Shown in pieces: positions 11,401 to 22,499 of a stretch of 39,329 nt of DNA. The stretch lies in contig NKIB01014961.1 in assembly GCA_002256025.1 (NCBI GenBank), positions 1 through 39,329 of the forward strand, written 5' to 3'. Below the pieces are notes generated by a model. That model saw only the letters and a list, made by a program, of their open reading frames with translations, made no database searches and had not been told where the DNA came from. This stretch comes from Asterionella formosa. Its lineage: Eukaryota. A program made the translations under genes and the position numbers. The stretch's first letter is position 1, and each line of letters opens with the position of its first letter.

Positions 11401-11747
11401 TCATGCATCTGAAATTTTTTAAACCTCTATACTTAGCTTATTGCCATGTATACCTCCAGAAACCTGCAGCTCTGGAGATTTAGATAAACTTTTCAGAAAT
11501 GAAAAATGTAGCAGGGGCAAGGGATTGAAAAGGCAGACTGAATCCAGTCTATTAGACTGAAATCAGCCTATCCGGAAAGAATTCGTATTGCAATGTGATG
11601 CTTGTTAAAATCTTGCTTCAACAACAGCCATCTCAATCACCATCAACTGATGAAGATGTACATACAGCTGGCTAATAGGAATCATCTCATCATATTCCTA
11701 ATTTCAAATGCCTCTGACATCTCCCGTTTGAACAGATCCAACCAAAA

Positions 11748-13196
11748 ATGAGTGAAACCGCCTCCAAGAAAAGATCCAGATCTCCTTTACTAGCAGGCGA
11801 TGCGGATTTAACCAAACTTCCCGAAGAATTGCAAGGCGTGGACTTTTCCAAGCCAGTGTCTTGGGGCAAATGCTATCCCTATGTTGGTCCAGATGGAATA
11901 CCAGCTGCGCCTTTGACGTTGGTGCCAGTTGGCACGGCTCCACAATTCACAGAATCGTCGCCTGCGCTTTGTTTTCAAGTCCATGCAAGTAGTGGCCGTG
12001 CCAGAGCCTGCACTATGCACCTCCCGCATGGGCCTGTGGCCACGCCGGTCTTTATGCCGGTTGGCACAAAGGGAACACTCAAAGGAGTCACGTACGATGA
12101 AATTACATCAGATCCAGCTCTAGACAATCAAATCATTCTCGCGAATACTTATCATATGGCGCTGCAACCCACAACAGAGGTTCTCAGAGACCTTGGCGGT
12201 CTACATACATTTATGAATTGGAAACGAAACATCCTCACTGACTCTGGCGGCTTCCAAATGGTCTCTCTGTTGTCACTTGCAGAAATTACGGAGGAAGGAG
12301 TCACCTTTGATTCGCCATTTTCGAAAGACAAGGATAATCCCGAGCGCATGTTGCTTCGGCCAGAAGATTCGATTCGACACCAGAATGAAATCGGTTCTGA
12401 CATTATGATGGCCTTGGATGATGTCGTAAGCAGTGTAACAGTAGACGACGTTAGATTCAAAGTTGCAACCTACCGGACACTTCGATGGCTGGATCGATGT
12501 TTCGAAGCGAACGCGCACCCCAAGACGCAGAACCTCTTTCCCATTGTACAGGGTGGCTTGGATACCAGTGTTGGTGGCCTTAGAGAACAATGCCTGGCGG
12601 GATTCCGCAACCGAGACGGCAAAATTCCTGGATACGCCATTGGTGGATTGGCTGGTGGTGAGTCCAAAGAGGAGTTTTGGAAAGTAGTCGATCAATGTTG
12701 TCGTGCGTTACCAGATGACCGACCCCGCTATTTGATGGGGGTTGGATATCCATTAGATTTGGTGGTTTGTGTGAGTTTGGGCGTGGATATGTTCGACTGT
12801 GTCTACCCCACCCGAACTGCTCGATTTGGAGTTGCCTTAATCCCTGGAGCGACCCCAGGAACTCTCAGATTAAAGAGCCATGAGTGTGCAAAGGACGATC
12901 GAGCCATCCAGGATGGATGTGCATGCCAAGCTTGCAACGGAGGGTATTCCCGATCAAGGCTTCACACACTCTTCAAGAATGGAAATACCATGGCTGCACA
13001 GCTATTAACGCAGCACAATATTGCCTATATGATGACATTGGTTCGAACAATGCGACAGACAATTTTGGATGGGAAGTATCCTGAGTTTGTTAAAGAATTT
13101 ATCTATGATCAGTATCAAGGCAAAGAAAATGGTGGCGAGGATATTCCACCATGGGTCCGGGATGCTTTGGCATCAGCAGGTATTCTGCTAAGTTAG
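11748..13196 (+). CDS. QTRT1: Queuine tRNA-ribosyltransferase catalytic subunit (eukaryotic TGT)
   Basis: Motifs TPVFMPVGT, ILANTYH, LTDSGGFQMVSL, IVQGG, AIGGLAGGE, YLMGVGYP and DMFDCVYPTRTARFG. Zn site CACQAC...HN. Confidence 0.96.
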   Translation: MSETASKKRSRSPLLAGDADLTKLPEELQGVDFSKPVSWGKCYPYVGPDGIPAAPLTLVPVGTAPQFTESSPALCFQVHASSGRARACTMHLPHGPVATPVFMPVGTKGTLKGVTYDEITSDPALDNQIILANTYHMALQPTTEVLRDLGGLHTFMNWKRNILTDSGGFQMVSLLSLAEITEEGVTFDSPFSKDKDNPERMLLRPEDSIRHQNEIGSDIMMALDDVVSSVTVDDVRFKVATYRTLRWLDRCFEANAHPKTQNLFPIVQGGLDTSVGGLREQCLAGFRNRDGKIPGYAIGGLAGGESKEEFWKVVDQCCRALPDDRPRYLMGVGYPLDLVVCVSLGVDMFDCVYPTRTARFGVALIPGATPGTLRLKSHECAKDDRAIQDGCACQACNGGYSRSRLHTLFKNGNTMAAQLLTQHNIAYMMTLVRTMRQTILDGKYPEFVKEFIYDQYQGKENGGEDIPPWVRDALASAGILLS

Positions 13197-13376
13197 CTTA
13201 TTTGCTCCTAATATAATAAGAAGAGCTACTCTTACCAGTAGTTGGATGATGACATTTCAGTACTAAGTGCTTCTGATTCCGATATTTTGAAGAGTGTTGA
13301 AAAGGCCGATTTTGTTGGTTTTTTGGACCACAATTGCTCATCTTTGGCAAGGTCTGAAGAATAATTAATTCATAGC

Positions 13377-13573
13377 AGGTCAACTCTAGATAGCGTAAGA
13401 AAATAACTTCTGGCAAGAAACTGCAGAAGGAACTTCGGTTTCTTTACTATGCCAAATAAGCTGATTTCCCCCAAATTTTCTTTTCTTAATAGCATGACAT
13501 AATTAAAAAACCGAAGTTATTTTTTGCAGTTTATTGCCAGATCCTATATTCTGACGTTGTATAGATTTGACCT
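13377..13573. repeat. Imperfect ~75-bp inverted repeat (foldback/MITE-like)
   Basis: 13377-13451 (aggtcaactctagatagcgtaagaaaataacttctggcaagaaactgcagaaggaacttcggtttctttactatg) aligns with the reverse complement of 13498-13573 (aggtcaaatctatacaacgtcagaatataggatctggcaataaactgcaaaaaataacttcggttttttaattatg). Confidence 0.8.
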
Positions 13574-15124
13574 ACACCCCTACTTTAACCAATGACTGGC
13601 TGTAGCTAAGTATATGGAAAGGGTGTCCAATGGTGACAGCTCTGTTTAGTGATATATAAATATGTTTTAGTTGTAAAAATGTTTGTTTGATTACTCTGAC
13701 TCAATACTATTTTTTAACACTAGTTCGAGCTCGGGGTTAAAATGCAGGAATCTTAATTGCCATTGTGGTCAGCCATTGTACCGCCACTGTGAAAGTGTCA
13801 AATCTGTTCATGGCACTATTGTTTTTAATTGTGCATTTATAATCAGATGAAAAAATGCGCTATTGGCGACTTTAATTTTACTGGTATTGAAATCATTCTT
13901 TTATGATTGTATTATCTATATTGTGCTTGATATGTGTACCAAATAGCAAAGCGTTGTTCTCGATTTTCATGAAGATATTTTGTTATTTTTGTCATGGTCG
14001 TCAAGGCTGAGATGACAAGCTGCAGTATTTTCCAGCTGTACACAATGACAACACTGTAGTGCTGATACACAAGAATAATCTAAGTTAAATAGTTAAATAA
14101 CAGGGCCTAGTACAAATGCTATATGTATAATACTAATTATATTGGGTACTCATGGTCAGTCCATACAATGAAGCTGGCATGTGTACATCATTCTGATCCC
14201 AGCAACGTTAGAGCCATTCATTGTTGGTTTTTCATTACTGGCTAGAAAAGGAGAGCGGCTTTGAGTTTGGCAAGAACAAAGCAAAGTAAGCGAAATTTGC
14301 TTACTTTACTTACTTTCTATGTTTATTGTCATTTGCTTTTTTCTAGCCATTTGCACAATTTCTGAAGTTTTGGCATTTTTAAGAATGAAATCAGCATAAA
14401 ATCTACATCACTACTACGTCATGATGCAGATAATTTCAACGAGTGAAATGATGACATTCTCTATGTATAGAGGTTCAAAGCAGTTTTTAACTGGTGCCAC
14501 AGTGGCCAGTCCAAGAAGGATCACTGTGAAAGTACTAGCTTACCGGTAGTTTCTTTTGTTTACATTTGGGTGCCTTTTTGACATCAGAGCAGAGTTGCGG
14601 TACATGAGAAATTTAGCTATATTTCCCTGGTAGGAAGAACCGTCGTATGGATACCATGAATGAGACCGGTAAATTGTTTCACATCGTTCTTGAACATGTA
14701 CTGACAGCATATGCGAATCTACAAAATTAATATAAATATTACATTTTGAGTAACAAATTATATATATAATATGTATTGAGAGAATCTTCAACGGAATCGT
14801 GCCGTAATCTCATATTTAATGGCTGGGACAAGTGCAATCGTCGATATGATGATGCTACATATAATTTCTTTGAATTGTATGTGTATGATAGTTAATTACA
14901 GGCAGATACTCCGAGTGTATTATTATTACCTCATACTTCTGAAATAGATCCTCTTGCTGGTATCAGCAGAAGTGTGAATTTCATGTACACATTCATACGT
15001 TGTTCAGAGAGATCTCTTTGTGCTCGTCATTCCCCTTAATCCACAATTGATTCAAGTCAGAAGTAACACTAATATCGTTGTGCCCAAGTGAAACGACTTC
15101 TCCCTTGCCACCAAAATCTCCGAG

Positions 15125-16131
15125 ATGTCACTGGAAAGCCGCGATGTTCCTGTGACGACGGATCGTACAGCAGACAACGTTGAAGCAGTAGGACAACCGC
15201 TTCGCTCCCCGGCAAGGCATCCAATACCTATCGCGGACTCGTTCGTGTTTCAGCACGCTCGCAGCTCGTACGGATTATCCCCTTCATCCTTTCGCAACCT
15301 CAAGGAACGATCCTTCAAAAACCTCGTCAAACAGACAGGTGGTGGTCGTGAGCGATCGGCCTCATGTGGTAACTATTCAACGCCGTCGCTAAACACTGTT
15401 GGAGTTTTCCCTGGGTTTTCTCCTTATCGGGATCTTTCTCCGCCCATGCCACCAGATATCGCTTCTCCGTTCATGCCAAATCTGGGCCCTCCTACACTGT
15501 CCAGCAGCCAAGCTGCTATGGACGCTGTTTTGGCGTCTGAGCGAAAGAGAATGAAGGAGAAGGAGCTTGAGGAACAGAACATGTCGGTGGAAGAGATCAA
15601 AGCAGTCTTGAAGCGAGAGCGAATTCGTATGTCCAGGATGGCCGCTGATTTGGCTTCATTGAAAAGCAACCTTGTTCAGAATCAGGCTGAAGCGGAAGTG
15701 AACGAGGAGGGTAGGATCAATTGCTTATTGGCTCATCTGGATGGCCTCCAGCAAGAGAAAGGGCGAATCATTGTTGAACTGGAACGTGAAGAAGAAATGG
15801 TGAGTTCAGATAAATACACTCAATTTACGAGAAGGGTTACGGTTCATTCCCAAAGTATATGAGCGTTGCTAACGTTGTAACATGTCCTTACTTTTTGTGT
15901 TACCCTTTACAGTTGACAAATACACTACAGAAGAAGCTCAACGAGGTCAAACGAGAAAAGGAAATATTGGAACTTCAAATTCAACGCGAACAGCACGCTC
16001 ACAATGAGATGAAGTCCAAGTTTGCCAAGAGGAAACCACTCGAGCCAGTGATTGGTAATGAAGGTGACGACGAGGGCGACGACGCAGTACAACTGGAAGA
16101 TTTGGCGGCGATGCACGAAAGCATGAGATAG
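15125..16131 (+). CDS. CCDC6/H4-like (DUF2046) coiled-coil protein, 2 exons
   Basis: Exons 15125-15799 and 15913-16131, intron GTGAGT..TTACAG. The spliced junction reads EEGRINCLL..LQQEK..ELEREEEM|LTNTLQKKLNEVKREK, matching the CCDC6 repeat. Confidence 0.78.
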
Positions 16132-16383
16132 AGTTGGGGAAGCTGATTCTCATGGGCGGTTTGTATGTTTTTGTCACCTGAAGATGTAACTTTTGTGTGT
16201 TCCACTCTGTCATTCAGGGAAGGCAACACATCGGTGGGATTATTTTCTTACACTCTCTCAAAGAAATATCCATGATATACTTTCCACAACGCAACCAAGC
16301 CAAAACCGCAAACTTGCTATTCTTTCACACTTTAGTTTAATTAGCAGCAACAAGAGGGTAGCGCATACATTTTAAGAATAGAA

Positions 16384-16854
16384 TTATGTCGGCTTTATTT
16401 GTTGTTGCAGTAGTGCCGCTTCGAGCTCATCTAGAACAACGCTTGCATCCTCCGTGCGATCGCCAGCAGTTGCTCCGACCTGTTGTAGTCTCAGCAGTAT
16501 CTTTTTCGACATTTGCTGCAAGACTGTTAATTCAGATTGCTCATTACTTGTATTTTCATGGAATTTTGATGCACTGGCATGACCAAGTATTTCTCCAATT
16601 CTGGTGCTAACGTCAAATACGCTTCGATAGCCCGCCTCGAACCCGTCTTGTAGACGAATCTCTTTGGCGTCATCAAAAGCATCTAGATATCCCATATTGA
16701 AAAACTGTTCATCCGTTGCTTTTGATTCGTACTCTGCCATGCCCTCCACTAGATTTCTATCATCAGTGTCTGCACAATTGGGGTTCGAGACCGACGGTTG
16801 GTCGTCATCGAAATTGCCAAAGAATTCATCATCACCATCTTTTGGATTCGCCAT
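16384..16854 (-). CDS. Yae1/Lto1-type (Yae1_N) protein
   Basis: 156 aa with an acidic N-terminus followed by GYLDAFDDAKEIRLQDGFEAGY. Confidence 0.75.
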   Translation of the reverse strand: MANPKDGDDEFFGNFDDDQPSVSNPNCADTDDRNLVEGMAEYESKATDEQFFNMGYLDAFDDAKEIRLQDGFEAGYRSVFDVSTRIGEILGHASASKFHENTSNEQSELTVLQQMSKKILLRLQQVGATAGDRTEDASVVLDELEAALLQQQIKPT

Positions 16855-17539
16855 CGTCAGCCATGTGGAGTGTGTCGGAAAACTCGATAGTCAAAGAATA
16901 CTGTCGCGTTAGCCATGTATACCGGTATACTGCCGGGAATAGTCTAAGGATATAAGAATGGATTGTATGAGAAAGGTGTGAAAACAAAGGTGAAAACCAT
17001 TGCTTCTTCAACACACTTTTTAACAGCCAGACGATCATTTGATTTGGCTGCTCATCGTATGATTGCTCTGGTCAGCATGTACTGGTATTTGCTTCCATCC
17101 ATTATGGTCTACGTATTTATTTACGCGGCCGTAATATCAGGAGCGGTATGTACCGGCAATCCCCACCCTAGCAATCTTCTTGCTTTTCGATGAGAACTGT
17201 GGTTGTCTAAGTAATTTTTGGTGTCTATAAGTAATTTTTTTATTTAGGGGCAATATGGGGCACAGTGTATTGTTCGGCAGTCAATGTTAAGTTTTAGCAA
17301 GAGTAGATTTTCATGGGAAAAAGTTTGGACACATAAAAAATGCATGGGCATGAAAAATATTAACACAAGAATGATTGTAACAAGCATCGAAAATTCGACA
17401 TGATGTTGTTTAGGAGCAACCAAAGTATGAAACGGAAATCAAAAGGTAAGACGTGAAAATGACAAGCAGGGAGTAGAGTAAAAAGTGAAAAAGAAAATAG
17501 GTGAGCGGAAAAATCATGTGAAAATTTGTCAATGCATTT

Positions 17540-18356
17540 TCAATACATTCTAGAATCTCTGTACAATTACAGAGCAGTCATTGAAGTTTGGAAACAATTT
17601 TTGAACAAACAAACATGTCCAGATGTTCCTGAACCAAAACAAAATTAGAAAAGGAGATATCCACACAACGAAAACGCTCAGATGGGACAGTATACTACCG
17701 CTTGTTTCACCCAGACAACGAATATGGTAAACCTGCAATTCAGAAACTTGTAAATTCTGCCATACAGTGGTGCAAGGACAAAAATTCTGCTAGAACAAAG
17801 TCTGTAGAGATAGATCGGATCAATTTCTATTATCATGTTACTATAATCTCCAAAGATGATGGTACGAAAACAATTTTAAGATGTAATCCAAAATGGAACA
17901 AACAGGACAAGAGTCTTCATCAATCAAAATCTTGGTTTGATTGGGTTGAAGTGAATTGGGAAAGTCGAAATGGGAAAAATTACAGTGTACCAGCAAAATT
18001 ACGCACTTTTATGGGGAAATATCGCTTATTCAGATGGAACTGAAACACTCTTTGCATCTATATGTTATTTTAGTAGGAGTACCACTGTCATGCCAGACCA
18101 TCATCGCATGCTGCATGCTTTTTGCTTCAGGTGATTACATTTGTGATGAGAAGACTGGATTAAGCGTTGTTGAGCATAACAACATTCTTTCCACAGCATT
18201 TGTAGTCCCAGCTTTAGCCCAGCTACAATCAGTAAATGTATGAATACAAAAGAAACCTTTGAAGCCATGGAAAATGCAGATTTTTATATTGCATTACCAC
18301 CACGAAATCAATGGCAATTGATTGGTTGGGATATTCCTTTAAGTACAGAGAAGTAG
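17540..18356 (+). mobile_element. C-terminal fragment of a Plavaka/CACTA-like transposase (frameshifted)
   Basis: Fragments ILRCNPKW...SWFDWVEVNW...VPAKL, LSVVEHNNILSTAFVVP and FYIALPPRNQW. Several frameshifts; the N-terminal catalytic part is absent. Confidence 0.6.
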
Positions 18357-18426
18357 CACTAATCGTCACAATACAATTTTTTACAAATATACTTCAACAT
18401 TTCATAACTGCCTCCGAGTTCATATT

Positions 18427-20810
18427 TTACTTATCTTTATGGTTTTTTTCTTGAGAACCTGACAATGAAAATGAACTGTCATCATCCATTGATTTTTCCG
18501 AAGATTTCAAGAGACTCTTGAAATATTTGTATGTATATCATGCTGGCTGTCATTCAGGAAAACAGCATACCTGCTCACTTTCTGCATGCCCTCAGCAACA
18601 ATGAAAGCACATTCGTATTATTTTTTTAAATTTCAAGGTTTCTTTTTTACCGTGCCAATGGTAAGATTCTACTGGATGATGAACCATTTTACTAAGATAA
18701 GTCAGTTCAGTTGTAGTTAACATCGGAGATAACTCGAATTCAGGATTGAACTCCATTGCTGCAGCTTTGTCACAACATGAACCCACAATGGTGTTGAGAA
18801 CATATACCATAACTGCATCTTCAACGTCATTTTCTGGATTACCAGGAAATGACCATCCATTTTGATTTTCACCCTTAAATTTCATTTTCATAAATGTATC
18901 TCAAACATCCTTTGATAAACGTGACTCACTTCGTTTCCCCATAAAATTAGTTTCTCCACTGTATCGTAGTTGTAGTAGTAATTCCATAAACTTCACAATT
19001 GTAAAGGGATCACATGACCATCTACCATCTTTGGTTGGTTGGAAAATCTTTGAATCTGAATGTTTTGCTATAAAACGTTTCAGAGGGCTTAAATTGAGGT
19101 TCCCCATCGGTGTAACCTCGGATTTTTGGTATCTCACTGAATGTTTTCAGAAAACTCTCTCGACATTCTGATCGAGCTTTCTTCATGCCAGATTTCCATT
19201 TTTCGAACTCGGTTTTGAATTTGACCATAGCTTTGGAGGGAATAATTTCTTTGTTAATATCTATACCAGGGTGAATACGATATTTGCGTGAAATCTCGTG
19301 AATGCATTTCAAATGACTTTTCAAACTAACTCCATGTTCAGGATCATGTACTTCAACGTTGCCTTCATTTAGATCAAAACAATATAGAACATAATGTTGA
19401 TGATGTCGTGTTTGCAAATAAATCACAATAAGGAATTCATTGGAGAGTTGGAGATATAAACTGTTAGATGGATAAGGAGGTTCAGTATTCCAGTCATTTC
19501 TGTCTTGAGATTCAACAATTACATGAATGTTTGAGAGACGCAGTTCATGAACAATGACCTTCACAATGGCGGTCACAATTTCAATATCCCAATATGCACA
19601 ATTGTCCAGTTCAAAACGATTAGCCCTGTAATGCTTCTCTGACAATTTAAGGGAATACTCATTCCTGCAATATTGACGCACTTCTGAGTGGGAGCGAGAG
19701 TATGTATTGTAGTAAAGCTTATTTGACTGCGGATCCAACGGAAGTGGGAACCGAAAAGGTAAATCAAATACTTGGCAATTCACGCAGAATGGGCAGGACA
19801 TGCTTTCCACAAAAAAAAGAGGGTGAAACACTATTAAGGTGATCGTTGAAACATTCCAATTCGTCGCCATATCCCGAAACAGCAGTTGCTACCTTTCCCT
19901 TTATCAATTTTTTCGATACAAGTAATTGATGTGTTTCTTCACTTCTCCTCGTTCTTTTGCATAAATATTTATGAATTCCTTCATCAAATATTTTCAATAA
20001 TGATTAATCATTATAGGATAAATCATTTATCTCCTCCTTGACCTGCTCAATTACTGTCCCAGTGACTGCAACAGTTTCGGAAATCTTTGGTGAGTAGTCA
20101 TGAACTACATCCAGACTGGCGACCATGTCCTGTTTCAATATTTCCAAGTCTTTACTAGATAAATGGGACAAATCACTTTCCTCCTCGACCTGTTTTTTTA
20201 ATTTACTTTCCCAATCACTCCTAAAATTTCGGAACTCTTTGGTGACAAGTCATGAACTGCTTCGTACGGATTGGCAACCATGTCTGGAGTTCTCTTTAAT
20301 TTAAATTTTGCTTTTTCTTTGGAAGGGGGAGATTTTATATCAAGTCTCTCAGATTTGATAGACTCAATTAGACGCTCTGAGGAAGTAGAAACAAGATCTA
20401 CCACGAGCATACAAGCAACACGATCTTTACTTTTTGGAATGGTATTGGGAGAAGATGAACTGGCATCAACTATTTCGTTTTCACTCGCCTGTGTCAATGC
20501 ATAAACGGAGAATACATGACGTCGGTGATCTTTATTTGGAATGACAGGTATGACTAATTCAATCGGCTTGTCAGGAAAAAAAGTTTCCCAATTTTGGCGA
20601 TGCTTCTCAAATTTAGCCATAGTGGTGCACAGAAGCTTGTTCCTCTTTTCTTCTGTATCAATACCAGCACCAACAATATTAGTAAAAATACCACAGGGAG
20701 ATCATTTGAAACGCCCCAATAACGGAGAAGTTTATCAACATCATTGGAATCATTTCGACAACCGTTGTTGCTGTACGATATTGGAATCAGCTATTGATTG
20801 AATAATCATG
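18427..20810 (-). pseudogene. Disrupted long ORF with a Ulp1-like (C48) cysteine protease domain, probably transposon cargo
   Basis: Successive minus ORFs 20620-20198, 19997-19764, 19870-19022, 19137-18901 and 18891-18592. Motifs YWDIEIV, HQHYVLYCFDLNEGNVEVHDP and QPTKDGRWSCDPF give the His-Asp-Gln-Cys order. Confidence 0.6.
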
Positions 20811-21838
20811 GCTCTGGTACCCTCATAAATATTTTCCACTTCTTTGGAGTGGCGAGAACATATGTGTGGGACAAGCTACACTACGTATATATATGCTTTA
20901 TAAATATAGCGGTCACTTTGTGGAAACTATGTGTGTGGCAATGGGGTTAGGCTGTCCTATGTAGTGCCTCTGATGTTGCCGATAAAGAGATTTCTTAAAA
21001 CAATGGGATAGTACAATGATGTTATGAAGCAAAGTTATGATTGTTATTTCGAACCCCCTGCTATTCAAGGTTCATGTGATGCTACTATTTCCTGAATGAA
21101 ATGAAGCTACTTCCTGATTAGTGATGTTGCGGCTCTAATTCTGCAGCATACAAACGTGCTCGCCAATAGCTAGTCAATGAGAATGGAAGACCCGTGATTA
21201 AGGCCACGGGCAACAAACTGCGCGGCCATCTGGTCCATCTTCACTTTGATCCACATCTCATCTTGAAGAACAGATTCAAAATACTGATCGATGTTTGCAA
21301 TGGGCGAATTATGATCAAAAGGTACTATCTTCTTGATTTCGGTTGGAGTTTGAATCGGGTATGCCCTTCAATGCATCGTTCTCCAATTCTGTCATATAAA
21401 TTGACCAAAGCTTTTGATTTCGAGTAACAAACAAACAATCAAACTTCGCCAGCATAATTCCCCATCAATATCGAGACCATATCATTCGTTATAAGACTGA
21501 GATCATTGTCATCCCCGCAAGAAGGTAGCTTGTAAGGGATTCAACGAATGCACATGGCTTGTAAGAAATTCGATTACTGATATGCGAATGGAGAGATAAT
21601 GGCAAATACTACCGGTACAAGAATTGGATCAAAGCATGTACCGGTAGAGCATTCAAATCGGAATGGCAACAAGGAATGCACCGTTGTTGCACAGAATTCA
21701 TTCTGATAGCATCGTTGGGTACAAGGTTTACATACACATAAGGTGATTTGTGTAAAGTCATAACCTTCGCAAAAACAAAAATTGATCAAAGAGCAACAGC
21801 TATTGATCAATCAAACAATGTATCAATACATCAAAGCA

Positions 21839-22170
21839 TTTGGTTAGCAGATTAAATTTGATAACTAATATATATGCCTTCTATCTATGTGTCAGTGTAA
21901 GGAAATAATCTGAAAAACAAATTTGATTGACCACACTGACACGGTCATTGATATATCAAAATTATCATCAACATTACAAGAAATTTGATCAATATGTCAA
22001 CAATTTTGGTTAACCGATTAGATTTGGTAACTAATATGTATGAGTTCTTAGCTATATATGCATAATCTAACATGTAGATGCTAGTAACCTAACGTTAAAA
22101 TTTGATTGATCATACATACATAGCCGTTGATATATCAAAATTATCATCAACATGTCAAAATATTTGAATA
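21839..22170 (+). repeat. Diverged ~170-bp tandem duplication
   Basis: tttggttagcagattaaatttgataactaata (21839) versus tttggttaaccgattagatttggtaactaata (22005). The 27-mer ttgatatatcaaaattatcatcaacat is identical at 21948 and 22127. Confidence 0.8.
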
Positions 22171-22499
22171 ATCAATCAGTTTTTTAACTTATGCTGAGTA
22201 AAATGTTAGATCTAATGGAAAATCTATTCATAGACGCGGAGCATGCTGGAAGATAGCAGGGATGTAGATAGTGGAATTGCCGTCGACACTTAAAAGAAAA
22301 CCATCATTTTGTGCCTGCATATAGCTCCTCCCACTCTCGTCCAATTTCGGCAGTCGATTATTCGAAACCAATTCAACATACATACATTAATAACGTAGCT
22401 ACTTGTACATATCATCCTGTCCAAATGCTGTATTACATTGACTGACCACTCAAATATTTGCGAGAAACTGAATACAAGAACAGGTCACTATGAAAATTA

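Noticed and set aside
7037..20810. Functional link between the NSE2 SUMO ligase and the nearby Ulp1-like protease
   Set aside because: They are ~11 kb apart with unrelated genes between, and the protease is decayed TE cargo; proximity is likely coincidental.
20879..20966. CACTA terminal inverted repeat
   Set aside because: cactac and gtagtg occur close together here, but no matching end or TSD was found on the left side (~17200).
22263..22409. LTR of the gypsy element (purine tract then TGTAG...TACA)
   Set aside because: No second copy, PBS or TSD in the window.
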